Below are positions 10,702 to 18,754 of a stretch of 64,000 nt of DNA, one piece after another; position 1 is the stretch's first letter; every line of letters begins with the position of its first letter. Position numbers and translations under genes: made by a program. A model generated the notes under the pieces. It was given only the letters and a program-made list of their open reading frames with translations, did not search any database and was not told the origin of the DNA. Location: positions 38,609 through 102,608 of the forward strand of contig JBAMLY010000009.1 in the NCBI GenBank assembly GCA_039794045.1, in the 5' to 3' direction. Origin of the DNA: Candidatus Micrarchaeia archaeon (lineage in GTDB: Archaea > Micrarchaeota > Micrarchaeia > Norongarragalinales > UBA8480).

Positions 10702-12381
10702 TCAAAAATCGGAGTAAGGACGGCTTCGCTTCAGCACTAGTATTACTGCTACCACAATTAAAAGAATTGCGACTGCCAACCCCGCCAGCATTCGAGCGTC
10801 GACGCCTGCAACCACAAGCGATTCAGTGGATGGCGTTGAAGAAGCAACTGGAGACTGCGCGGGAGGAATGCTGGCTTCCTGTCCAGAGAAAGACAAGACA
10901 AACTTTTGCGAGAAGGAACGCTTGCCGAAAACAACCCTGATTTCTCCCTCGTGGTTTCCAGGCGCGGGCAAAGGAAAAGCAAACTCGAACCTCTTCTTTT
11001 CTCCCACCTTCAAAGAAAAAGACTGCCTCTCCTCTGCTCCGTCCAGAAAAGCGTAAACGCTCGCCCCGCTTATGTCCTCGCCGCCCTTGTTACGCAACAC
11101 GCACACTAACTTAAAAGAGTCCCCAGAAGAAAGATAAGAGAGCTCGCTTACTTCCACGCCCTCGGCCAACGAAACAGCGCCGCCCTTGCGAGCCGTAATG
11201 TTGGCTTGCGCTTGCGCGCCCAAGCTCGTCACGGAAACAGGGAAAGTGTAAACATAGTTTTCAGCAAGCGAGGAAGGCACTACCACGGTCCAGTTCACTT
11301 CAGTTTCCTCCCCAGCCCGCAAGAACAAGAGCCTGTCCTTCTCGTCGACCACCTTCATTTCAACTGGTGTGGTGGGAACAGAGAGCGACAAAGGCACAGC
11401 CAAGTCTCGTGCGGCGCGCACGCGCGCGGAAACGACTGCAATCGAGCCCTCGCCAAGCGCCTGGGAAGGCACTGAAACGTTGAGGGAAACCAGGCCAGGA
11501 AAACCTTGCTTGGAAGCAAAAGAAAGCGAAGCGCCGCGCTCTATGCGGGCGAGAGACAAGTCCAAAGACCTTCCCTTGCCAGTGATTTCTTCGCGGACTC
11601 CGTCTTGGTCGACTGCCTGCGCGAACTTCAAGTGAGTAGCGTCGAGAACCACTCCCTCGCCGTAAGTCGCGTCGAATGGAACCCACTTGCCGTCTATTGC
11701 TGCCTCAACCCAAGCGTGCGGACCCCAGTCGTCGCCAGTGAAGACAAAGCCTGCCACGAAGCGCGCGGGAATCCCTTGCGAGCGAAGCATCGCAATCAGC
11801 AAGTGAGAGTATTCGCTGCACTTTCCTTTTCTCTGCTCGAAGGCCTCCTGCGACGTTAAGAGGTTGTCCCTGTAAAAACCGAGCCCCTCGTACTCTAACG
11901 CGTTGTGAACCCATTCAGTCAAGCGCGTTGCTTTCACCCAATCACTTGCGTTCCCTGCCACTTCCGCTGCCTTGGAACGAATTTCCGGGGAAATTAGTAC
12001 GTACTCGCTTTCACCCAAGTAACGCTGCGCCTCGGAAGCGCTAGCTTCTTGAAAGCCGCGCGAGTAGTCCACGGAAATGCGAGCATTCAAGTAAACCTGG
12101 CTTGGCTTCGCGCTGGAATCTAACGCGAAAACAATTACGTGGTTGCCGAAAGCGTCTTCACTCGCAGAAAAAGGAGAAAAAGCAAGAATTTCGCGGGCTT
12201 GGTGCGCGTCACTAAAAAAATCGTAGGACTTCAACTGTAAATCGCTCGCCGCCTGCCCCCCTAAGTCCACTGCCCAAGAAAGGCGGGCGTCTACTACAGC
12301 GCTGCCAATCATTTTCGGCGAGAAATCGATTGCGGCCGCCAACCCCGAAAGCAACACTAAGGCGAACACGAAGCGCTTCAT
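10702..12381 (-). CDS. Secreted transglutaminase-like (papain-fold) enzyme with C-terminal TM anchor; start moved to MKRFVF
   Basis: Signal peptide MKRFVFALVLLSGLAAA and a transglutaminase core with Cys (GKCSEYSHLL), His (GPHAWVEA) and Asp. C-terminal TM helix plus KRSRPYSDF tail. The ORF-track start at 12459 would overlap the adjacent tRNA. Confidence 0.75.
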   Translation of the reverse strand: MKRFVFALVLLSGLAAAIDFSPKMIGSAVVDARLSWAVDLGGQAASDLQLKSYDFFSDAHQAREILAFSPFSASEDAFGNHVIVFALDSSAKPSQVYLNARISVDYSRGFQEASASEAQRYLGESEYVLISPEIRSKAAEVAGNASDWVKATRLTEWVHNALEYEGLGFYRDNLLTSQEAFEQRKGKCSEYSHLLIAMLRSQGIPARFVAGFVFTGDDWGPHAWVEAAIDGKWVPFDATYGEGVVLDATHLKFAQAVDQDGVREEITGKGRSLDLSLARIERGASLSFASKQGFPGLVSLNVSVPSQALGEGSIAVVSARVRAARDLAVPLSLSVPTTPVEMKVVDEKDRLLFLRAGEETEVNWTVVVPSSLAENYVYTFPVSVTSLGAQAQANITARKGGAVSLAEGVEVSELSYLSSGDSFKLVCVLRNKGGEDISGASVYAFLDGAEERQSFSLKVGEKKRFEFAFPLPAPGNHEGEIRVVFGKRSFSQKFVLSFSGQEASIPPAQSPVASSTPSTESLVVAGVDARMLAGLAVAILLIVVAVILVLKRSRPYSDF

Positions 12382-12434
12382 GAAATTAGTTTGGCGCTCT
12401 TCAATTAAAAAGAATGCGAAAAAGAAAAAAAGAG

Positions 12435-12542
12435 TGCCGCTGGTGTGATTTGAACACACGACATACCGGTCTTCAGCTTCGTCACCCCCGGCGCTTGACG
12501 CGCCGCGGATTCGGACGCTCTCCCAGTCTGAGCTACAGCGGC
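12435..12542 (-). tRNA. Intron-containing tRNA, probably tRNA-Phe(GAA), with a ~34-nt intron at a non-canonical position
   Basis: Reverse complement: acceptor stem GCCGCTG/CAGCGGC, D-arm GCTC-AGACTGGGA-GAGC, T-arm GTGTG-TTCAAAT-CACAC, discriminator A. An anticodon-loop candidate CTGAAGA lies next to CCGGT. About 34 extra nt (containing the hairpin GGCGCGTCAAGCGCC) sit 5' of the loop, and I could not place exact exon-intron borders by eye. Confidence 0.55.
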
Positions 12543-12602
12543 ATGCAAGAAGTTATTTGGGCAGCCAACCTTTAAAACAATTCTGCGTCTTATTAATTTC
12601 AA

Positions 12603-12798
12603 GGGCCCGTAGTCGATTGGCTAAGACGCCTGTCTTACACAACCTTTTTTGCTATGCAATCACGCTTGGGCGCTCTTGCTGCGCAAAAAGCGTTGACGAA
12701 AAAGCAAGAAGGGTGTAGAAACAGGAGATGCGGAGTTCGATTCGAGCAATCAAAAGCGCGCGTCTCTTCGCTTGCTCGCGAACATCTCCGCGGGCCCA
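12603..12798 (+). tRNA. tRNA-Val(UAC) with two introns (about 80 nt at 37/38 and 43 nt in the T-loop at 58/59)
   Basis: Exon 1: GGGCCCG-TA-GTCG-ATTGGCTA-AGAC-G-CCTGT-CTTACA. Exon 2 (12720-12740): A-ACAGG-AGATG-CGGAG-TTCGA. Exon 3 (12784-12798): AT-CTCCG-CGGGCCC-A. All stems pair perfectly: 7-bp acceptor, D-stem with a G13-A22 mismatch, 5-bp anticodon stem, 5-bp T-stem. Confidence 0.7.
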
Positions 12799-12876
12799 CT
12801 CACGGCGGCGGGGAACCAAGGTTCTCCGTTAAGTCGAGTGCTCGTTTTCTTGCAAGCAGAGAAAGAGTGGTTTAAG

Positions 12877-12998
12877 CGGACCCACTGGGATTCGAACCCA
12901 GGTCAAGAGCTGTCTGCAATCAGTCTGCCGCGAGCGCGGCAGTCATGAGACCGCGATTTCCGCAAGCTCCCATTCTATCCAGGCTGAACTATGGGTCC
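12877..12998 (-). tRNA. tRNA-Arg(GCG) with a 48-nt canonical intron (37/38)
   Basis: Reverse complement: GGACCCA-TA-GTTC-AGCCTGGATA-GAAT-G-GGAGC-TTGCGG[48-nt intron]A-GCTCT-TGAC-CTGGG-TTCGAAT-CCCAG-TGGGTCC-G. Mature length is 74 nt and all stems pair. Confidence 0.8.
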
Positions 12999-13127
12999 TC
13001 GTTTGTTGCGCCGTGCTGGGGGACGGCAATAGTTTTTTGCAGGACAACCTATAAAAACAACTTGTTGCAGAATATTGTCCGCTGCTTTTCGTCGTTCGCG
13101 TTTGAAGCAGTGTTTTGGTGGTCTGCA

Positions 13128-13277
13128 ATGGCTTTTTGCTCGAGTTGTGGTAGGGAAACGAGTGACTACACTAAGTTTCCTTGCCCGAACGCGTCCTGCA
13201 ACGAGGTCGTGGTTAGGTGCAAGCCTTGCCGCGAGAACGAAGTTTCTTACGAGTGCTGCGGCTTTAAAGGTCCTTGA
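13128..13277 (+). CDS. Small Zn-ribbon protein (COG2888-like, translation-associated)
   Basis: 49 aa: MAFCSSCGRE...CPNASCNEVVVRCKPCRENEVSYECCGF with paired CxxC motifs. It is translationally coupled to the downstream gene by an ATGA-type overlap. Confidence 0.5.
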   Translation: MAFCSSCGRETSDYTKFPCPNASCNEVVVRCKPCRENEVSYECCGFKGP

Positions 13278-13705
13278 TTGCGATGACTGGGCGCGTGATG
13301 GCTTTCGGTACTTTTGACGTGCTTCACTTGGGCCACCTCAAGTTTTTTGAGGCGGCTCGGCGGCTGGGAAGCGAGCTCGTCGTCGTGGTGGCGCGCGACT
13401 GGATAGTCGAGAAAGTAAAAGGGCGAAAGCCTTTTTTTTCTGAGGGCGAGCGGCTTGAACTCGTTTCAGCGCTCAAGCCGGTAGACAAGGCCGTGCTCGG
13501 CTGCGAGGGAAACAAGTACGAAGTGATAAAACGCTTCAAGCCAGATGTAGTGGTGTTGGGCTACGACCAAAAAGATGACGCAAGGGTTTTGCGTGCGAAG
13601 CTTGACGAGATGGGCTTGAAGAAGACGAGGGTTGTTCGCTTGAAGCCTTTCGCGACGGGCAAGCACAAGAGTTCGCGAGTGAAAGAGTTTTTGAGGAAGT
13701 GTTGA
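13274..13705 (+). CDS. ribL: FAD synthase RibL (CTP-dependent archaeal FMN adenylyl/cytidylyltransferase)
   Basis: GTFDVLHLGH nucleotidyltransferase motif, and VVVARDWIVEKVKGRKPFFSEGERLELVSALKPVDKAVLG which closely matches archaeal RibL. Length 143 aa. Confidence 0.8.
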   Translation: MIAMTGRVMAFGTFDVLHLGHLKFFEAARRLGSELVVVVARDWIVEKVKGRKPFFSEGERLELVSALKPVDKAVLGCEGNKYEVIKRFKPDVVVLGYDQKDDARVLRAKLDEMGLKKTRVVRLKPFATGKHKSSRVKEFLRKC

Positions 13706-13718
13706 CGTGGTGGTTTGA

Positions 13719-13967
13719 ATGGGTAAAGTTATGACTGTAATGAAGATTTATCCTTGCGAGGGAGCTGACTTGACCAAGTTGCTTGACGCTGTTTACTCGG
13801 TCAAGGGGTGCAATTCTGCCAAGATAGAGGAATTCGTTTTCGGCGCCAAGATTTTGAAGGCTTCCTTTATTTGCGACGACAAAGAAGGAGTGGACTTCGA
13901 GGAAATAGTCAAGAAGATTGAAGGCGTCAGCGAGGTTCAAGTGGACGAAGTCGGCTTGATTAGTTGA
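13719..13967 (+). CDS. ef1b: Translation elongation factor aEF-1 beta
   Basis: 82-aa protein MGKVMTVMKIYP...GVSEVQVDEV, matching archaeal EF-1 beta in length and pattern. Confidence 0.85.
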   Translation: MGKVMTVMKIYPCEGADLTKLLDAVYSVKGCNSAKIEEFVFGAKILKASFICDDKEGVDFEEIVKKIEGVSEVQVDEVGLIS

Positions 13968-14455
13968 TGGCGTGGTTTCTTGCGCGAGACTAGCCTTTTT
14001 ATTCTAGCAGCAGTCGCTTTTATTTCGCGCCAGTGCGTTCCCTTCCAATAGATTTTGCCGCATGCGGTGCACTGCCAGAATTCGCGGTGGCGCTTGAATA
14101 CTCTTGGGAACACGTGGTTTTTCACTGTCTGCTTTGACACTCTCTTTATTTCTCCGCCGCAGGCGGGGCACAGTGAGCGCTTTGAGAGAGGCTTCAACTC
14201 GAGCGCGAATTCTGCTGCGACTTCAGCGAACTGGTTTTCAAGGTTGTTTGACTTAACTAGGAATGCCTTGCAGTAGTCTCTTGCCTTGCGCGCTAGTTCT
14301 TCGTCGCGCGTTAAAAGAATTCGGTTGCTGTTAATTGCTTTGCGTAAAACTTCCTCGTCTTCCGCGTCCTTTCCTGCGTACTCGCAGTCAAAACCGAGGA
14401 TGCGCAGCCACCTGCATAGTTTTCCAAGCATTGAGTCCGCGAAAAACTTTTTCAA
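13937..14455 (-). CDS. Mut7-C/DUF82 domain protein (predicted RNase) with Zn-ribbon
   Basis: MLGKLCRWLRILGFDCEY motif typical of Mut7-C (PF01927), plus CPACGG...CTACG. Convergent 31-nt overlap with ef1b. Confidence 0.7.
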   Translation of the reverse strand: MKKFFADSMLGKLCRWLRILGFDCEYAGKDAEDEEVLRKAINSNRILLTRDEELARKARDYCKAFLVKSNNLENQFAEVAAEFALELKPLSKRSLCPACGGEIKRVSKQTVKNHVFPRVFKRHREFWQCTACGKIYWKGTHWREIKATAARIKRLVSRKKPRHQLIKPTSST

Positions 14456-14576
14456 GTGATTTCGCCTTGCGCAGATACTTCAAGCATTCCTCGCAAGTAT
14501 TGCGTTGTTTGCTGGTTTTTAATTTTGTGCAGCGCCGAAAAAGGGCTTTAAAGCAACGCGGACTCAATTTATTGCA

Positions 14577-17213
14577 ATGATTTCTTCACTGAAGTTGAGG
14601 CACTGGAAGTCGCACGAGAAAACCGAGCTTTCCTTTGGCGCCGGCACTAACTTGATAGTGGGCGCTATGGGGAGCGGCAAGACGAGCTTGATGGACGCGA
14701 TTTGCTTTGCGTTGTACGGCACTTTTCCCGCTCTGCGCAGTCGCAAGATTACGCTGGATGAAGTGGTGATGCTGCGCCCGAGAAAGTATGATTCCGCGGA
14801 AGTTGAACTGCGCTTTCAGGCGGGGGGAAAGACTTTCACGGTTTCGCGGGTGGTAAGGAAGGGTGCTACTGAGGCGTTCTTGCGCGACTCGGACTCTCGC
14901 TTGATTGAAGGCCCTCAAAGCCAGCGAGTTACTGAAGCGGTAGAGGACTTGCTGAAAGTGGACTACGAGTTGTTCACGCGAAGCATTTACGCAGAACAAA
15001 ACCGCATTGACTACTTCATTGCGCTCGGCAAGGGCGAGCGCAAGAAGCAAATAGACGAGTTGCTGGGAATAGACAAGTTCGAGACCGCGCGCGCCACGGC
15101 AGGCGCGGTGGCCAACAAACTGAAGTCGCTTAAGGCCCAGTCGCAGGGCTTGCTTCAAGGAATGGACTTCGAGGGAATGCGAAAGGAAAAAGAATTGCTT
15201 GAAGGCGAGCTTGGCTCGCTGCAATCCCGCGCTGCTGCCGCAAGCGAGGAGCTCGCGCTAGCACAGGAAAAAGCCGGAAAGCAAAAGAAACTCGTTGCAC
15301 AACTGGAGGAAAGCGAGGCGAGGGCGAGCCAACTCGAGAAACGCAAGGCCGCCGCCGAGGCTTCGTTGTCCGAGCTTTCAGCAGAACTGGAACGCAAAAA
15401 AAGGTTTTTTGGGAGGAAAGTCACGCGCGCGGAGTTGGAAGGAAAGAACGCCTTGGAACGCGAGCTCGAAGGACTGCGCAACGCGCGCGCTGAAGCCGCC
15501 GAGCTAGACAAGAAGCTCGAGCGCTTGCGTGGAGAAAAAGAGGCAGTGGAATCTCAGTTAAAGGAATTCTCTTCGTTGAAGTCTTATTCTCTTGAAGGAG
15601 CAAGAGAGCAAGCGCAGAAGCTTTCGCGCGAGGTTGAAGTCAAGCGTGCTGAGGCGAGAAGGCTCTCGGAAGCAATTGCTTCCTTGAAGGCGGATGGTGC
15701 TTCTGCGGCGAGAGAGGCTGCGGAGGCGCGAGAGAAGGGAGGACAGCTTCGCGTACTCGTTTCAGCTTTCCAGGAAAAGCTTTCTGCTTTGGGTGGCTTG
15801 AATGCCGTGCGAGAAAAGCAAGTCCGTTCAGAGGAGAGGCTGGCTGGCGTTCGCAGGGAGTTAGAGGAAGCCCTTGTTTCAGTTGAAGTTGCTTCAACTG
15901 CTCTCGGCTCGCTTAAGGCGGGAACGGGAGAGTGTCCGGTGTGTGGTTCTCCTTTGTCGGACGAAAAAGTGGTTTCACTTAAGCGCGAGAAGGAGGGCGC
16001 GCGGGCTGCCGCTGTAGAAAAAGCGCGTCGTTTGCAGGAAGAACGCGCTTTGCTTGAAGGAGAGCTCGCCGAATTAAAGCAGGTTTTAGCTGATGCTGCC
16101 GCGTTCGAGGAAAAGAAAGTCGAGCTCGCGGTACTCGAAGAACGCGTGAAAGCCCTTGAAGCTAAGGCAAGGAAGGCAGCCGGCGAGGCGGCGCAGTTGG
16201 CGGAAGCCGCGAATGCTTTAAACGCAGAAATTGCGTCGCTAGAGGAAAGCTTGTCGCGCGCTCGCGCCGAGAAAGACAAGCTAGAATTGAAGGAAAGGCT
16301 TTCCGCCCAGCTTTCTCGTTTGACAGCAGAAGAACAGCGCTTGCAGGCTCTAGCGGCAGCGTGCGCCAAGCGTTTTTCTGAGCAAAAAATTCTTGAAACA
16401 GAGAAAAAGATTGAAGAGCTTCGTGCGGCAGAAGAGTTTTTCCGCGTTGAAGACGCTGTTGCAGAAGCGCGAAAGCGGTTGGAGGATGCAACGCGAGAGC
16501 TTTCCGTTCTCGGTTTTGAAGCGGCGCAGCTTGCTAGCGCGCGCCAGGTGTTGTCCTCGCTTGAAGCGCAGGCAAGCGTTCTTCGCGCTGAGTCGCGTTC
16601 GCTTGCCGAGTTGTTGAAAGAGAAGAGGAAGAGGCTTGACTCGGTTCAGTCGCGTCTTTCACTCCTTGAACAGCGCAGGAATGAAATCGCTTTGCTTTCT
16701 TCGCTTGTAGAAGAACTTTCTTGTTTCCAGGAAGCGCTCGTGCAGACGCAGGCGGAGTTGAGGCAGGAGCTCGTGGCCGCTGTCAACGAGGCAATGTCTT
16801 CTCTGTGGCGCTCGCTTTACCCTTACGGCGACTATTCTTCGTTGATGTTGGAGTGCAGCGAGGACGACTATTCTTTGAAGTTGCAGGCTTCGAGTGGCGA
16901 GTGGGTTGGAATTGAAGAGGCTTCAGGGGGGGAAAAGAGTTGCGCTTCGCTGGCGTTGCGCGTGGCGTTCGCGATGGTGCTGACGCCTAATTTGAGTTGG
17001 CTGGTTTTGGACGAGCCAACACACAACCTTGACTCGCAGGCGGTGAGCTTGCTCGTGAGCGTCTTGCACGACGAGATTCCTAAGATAGTGCAACAGACTT
17101 TCATAATAACGCACGACGAGGCGTTGAAGGAGGGGGCGAGCGCAAAGGTTTACCGCGTCGAGCGCGACAAGGAGCGGGGAGACGCCAGCGTCGTGGAAGA
17201 GCTCTTTGTTTGA
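14577..17213 (+). CDS. rad50: Rad50 DNA double-strand break repair ATPase
   Basis: Walker A GAMGSGKTS, long coiled coils, zinc-hook CPVCGS in the middle, signature SGGEKSCASLA and Walker B LVLDEPTHNLD. Length 878 aa. Confidence 0.85.
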   Translation: MISSLKLRHWKSHEKTELSFGAGTNLIVGAMGSGKTSLMDAICFALYGTFPALRSRKITLDEVVMLRPRKYDSAEVELRFQAGGKTFTVSRVVRKGATEAFLRDSDSRLIEGPQSQRVTEAVEDLLKVDYELFTRSIYAEQNRIDYFIALGKGERKKQIDELLGIDKFETARATAGAVANKLKSLKAQSQGLLQGMDFEGMRKEKELLEGELGSLQSRAAAASEELALAQEKAGKQKKLVAQLEESEARASQLEKRKAAAEASLSELSAELERKKRFFGRKVTRAELEGKNALERELEGLRNARAEAAELDKKLERLRGEKEAVESQLKEFSSLKSYSLEGAREQAQKLSREVEVKRAEARRLSEAIASLKADGASAAREAAEAREKGGQLRVLVSAFQEKLSALGGLNAVREKQVRSEERLAGVRRELEEALVSVEVASTALGSLKAGTGECPVCGSPLSDEKVVSLKREKEGARAAAVEKARRLQEERALLEGELAELKQVLADAAAFEEKKVELAVLEERVKALEAKARKAAGEAAQLAEAANALNAEIASLEESLSRARAEKDKLELKERLSAQLSRLTAEEQRLQALAAACAKRFSEQKILETEKKIEELRAAEEFFRVEDAVAEARKRLEDATRELSVLGFEAAQLASARQVLSSLEAQASVLRAESRSLAELLKEKRKRLDSVQSRLSLLEQRRNEIALLSSLVEELSCFQEALVQTQAELRQELVAAVNEAMSSLWRSLYPYGDYSSLMLECSEDDYSLKLQASSGEWVGIEEASGGEKSCASLALRVAFAMVLTPNLSWLVLDEPTHNLDSQAVSLLVSVLHDEIPKIVQQTFIITHDEALKEGASAKVYRVERDKERGDASVVEELFV

Positions 17214-17215
17214 AG

Positions 17216-18658
17216 TCAGGCTGGTTGTCTGGAAAGCCACCAGTCGCGGCGGAACACGAATTTTTCGAGGAAGGGAAGCGCCTCTTCTTCGAAGGCTTTG
17301 GAGCGAGTTATCTCGTCGCCTTCAAAAATTCTTGCTTTGCTTACTGGTTTGAGGAAGTGGGAGGCAATGCCGTTCGCCTTGGGTTGCGAGACTATCTTTT
17401 TTAGTGCGTCGCGCGCGTTAGTGGTCTCGCGTTTTTTTTCGGCTGCGAGGCTTCCTCCTTCCACGTAGGGGCCGCGCGCCCACTCGCTTGGCTTGTGTGA
17501 GGCCAAGAAGTTTTCGCATGCTTTCTCGTCGGTTACGGGGGGTCCACGTACTCTCTTGAGGGGCGCGAGGCAACTCGTTTCCAGTTCGAAGAGCATGAAG
17601 CAGTTCTTACTGGAGGAAAAAGAGGTGAAGTCGTAGATGTTGAAGTCGACGCGCTCGAGTTGGCGTGCTATGGCGGCGGCGCTCTTGCGCAGTTGGGGCG
17701 TGAGCACGTCGGCTACGATGCCTGTTGGCTTGCTTGTTTGGACGAGGAAGAGCGAGTGTCCTCTTGCTGTAATGGCTTTTGCTATTCTTGTAGCGTCAGG
17801 TTTTTTTGGCTCGTGGAAAAAGAATTCGAGTGAGGGACGGCGCCAGAATGCGCGGCACAGCGTAATGAATTTGGAGAGGTTGGTTGCGTTGACGGCCGCC
17901 GCCGCGTTCCTGTTGTAGTCGATGGCGTCCACGAGAATTAACGGCGAGTCGGAAAATTTTTTGGTGAGGGCTTGCCGTCCCGCTTCTCCTTGGTATGCTC
18001 CCTCTAAGTCTATTATTACTGGGGGCTTCCAGTCTTTGGCTGCTTCAACGAGTCCAGCGAGAGAGCGGTAGTTCAAAATCATTTGCTCGCATACGAGTCC
18101 ACTGAATCCTTCTACTTCTATTTCTGCGCCGTATATTCCGTTGGCTTTCAAGAGTTTTTTTAGGACGCGCACGTCCCTCCGCTGGCGGGGGGAAAGCTTT
18201 TCCTGCAAGTACTTCATGTGGAGGGGCGAGCGGTCTACGGCGCTCTTGATTTTTTGTTGTGGTTTTATTTTAAAGCAAGGGATTACTTCTACTTCGTAGC
18301 CTGAAACGTTGGCGCGAAGGTAAGGGTGTTCAGCGTAATGCATTTCCCATTTCGCTTTCACTGCAGACTTCGTAGCGGAAATGGTTTTTCTTATTATGTA
18401 TTCGCGGTCGCGCGAGACTGGAAAGGCGACGAACAAGTCAATGTCTCTGTCTCCTGCGAGTCCAGTGTCTCTCGCTGCAGAGCCAACGAAGTTTATTTCC
18501 GCTTCTCTTCCGAGTTTTGCGGCTAGCTTTCTTGAAAGCGTTGCAGCAAACTTTTTTTCTGCAGCGGCTTCTGCCGGCGAGGGGGAAACTTTTCGTGAAA
18601 CAATTTCCGCTATTTTTTCTATTGCTTTATGAGTCTCTTCCGTGTCGCTGGATTCCAT
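17216..18658 (-). CDS. cca: CCA-adding tRNA nucleotidyltransferase (archaeal class I)
   Basis: GSAARDTGLAGDRDIDLFVAFP catalytic motif. Length 480 aa. Confidence 0.85.
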   Translation of the reverse strand: MESSDTEETHKAIEKIAEIVSRKVSPSPAEAAAEKKFAATLSRKLAAKLGREAEINFVGSAARDTGLAGDRDIDLFVAFPVSRDREYIIRKTISATKSAVKAKWEMHYAEHPYLRANVSGYEVEVIPCFKIKPQQKIKSAVDRSPLHMKYLQEKLSPRQRRDVRVLKKLLKANGIYGAEIEVEGFSGLVCEQMILNYRSLAGLVEAAKDWKPPVIIDLEGAYQGEAGRQALTKKFSDSPLILVDAIDYNRNAAAAVNATNLSKFITLCRAFWRRPSLEFFFHEPKKPDATRIAKAITARGHSLFLVQTSKPTGIVADVLTPQLRKSAAAIARQLERVDFNIYDFTSFSSSKNCFMLFELETSCLAPLKRVRGPPVTDEKACENFLASHKPSEWARGPYVEGGSLAAEKKRETTNARDALKKIVSQPKANGIASHFLKPVSKARIFEGDEITRSKAFEEEALPFLEKFVFRRDWWLSRQPA

Positions 18659-18754
18659 GCTTTCTTGAACGCTTGCCGTCTTTAAAACTTGTTTCCTTTT
18701 GATTGCGTTGCTAGCCCAGGCAAGGTTTTAATTGAAGTCCTTCCTTTTAAGCGC

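Noticed and set aside
12382-12459. Upstream 26 codons of the transglutaminase-like ORF (MCSNHTSG...)
   Set aside because: They would run into the adjacent tRNA gene. MKRFVFALVLLSGLAAA is a canonical signal peptide start.
12405-13128. Six-frame ORFs 12405-12602(-), 12654-12875(+), 12943-13128(-) and the 5' part of 12945-13277(+)
   Set aside because: They are fully or largely overlapped by the three tRNA genes and their introns. Only the last 150 nt of the plus-strand ORF (the Zn-ribbon protein from the ATG at 13128) looks like a real gene.
15584-16369. 261-aa antisense ORF inside rad50 (and similar Ala/Ser/Arg-rich antisense ORFs throughout, e.g. 105-650, 2887-3510, 25689-26210, 47548-48060)
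   Set aside because: Low-complexity composition typical of the reverse frames of GC-rich coding DNA. Each lies entirely within a well-supported gene on the opposite strand.
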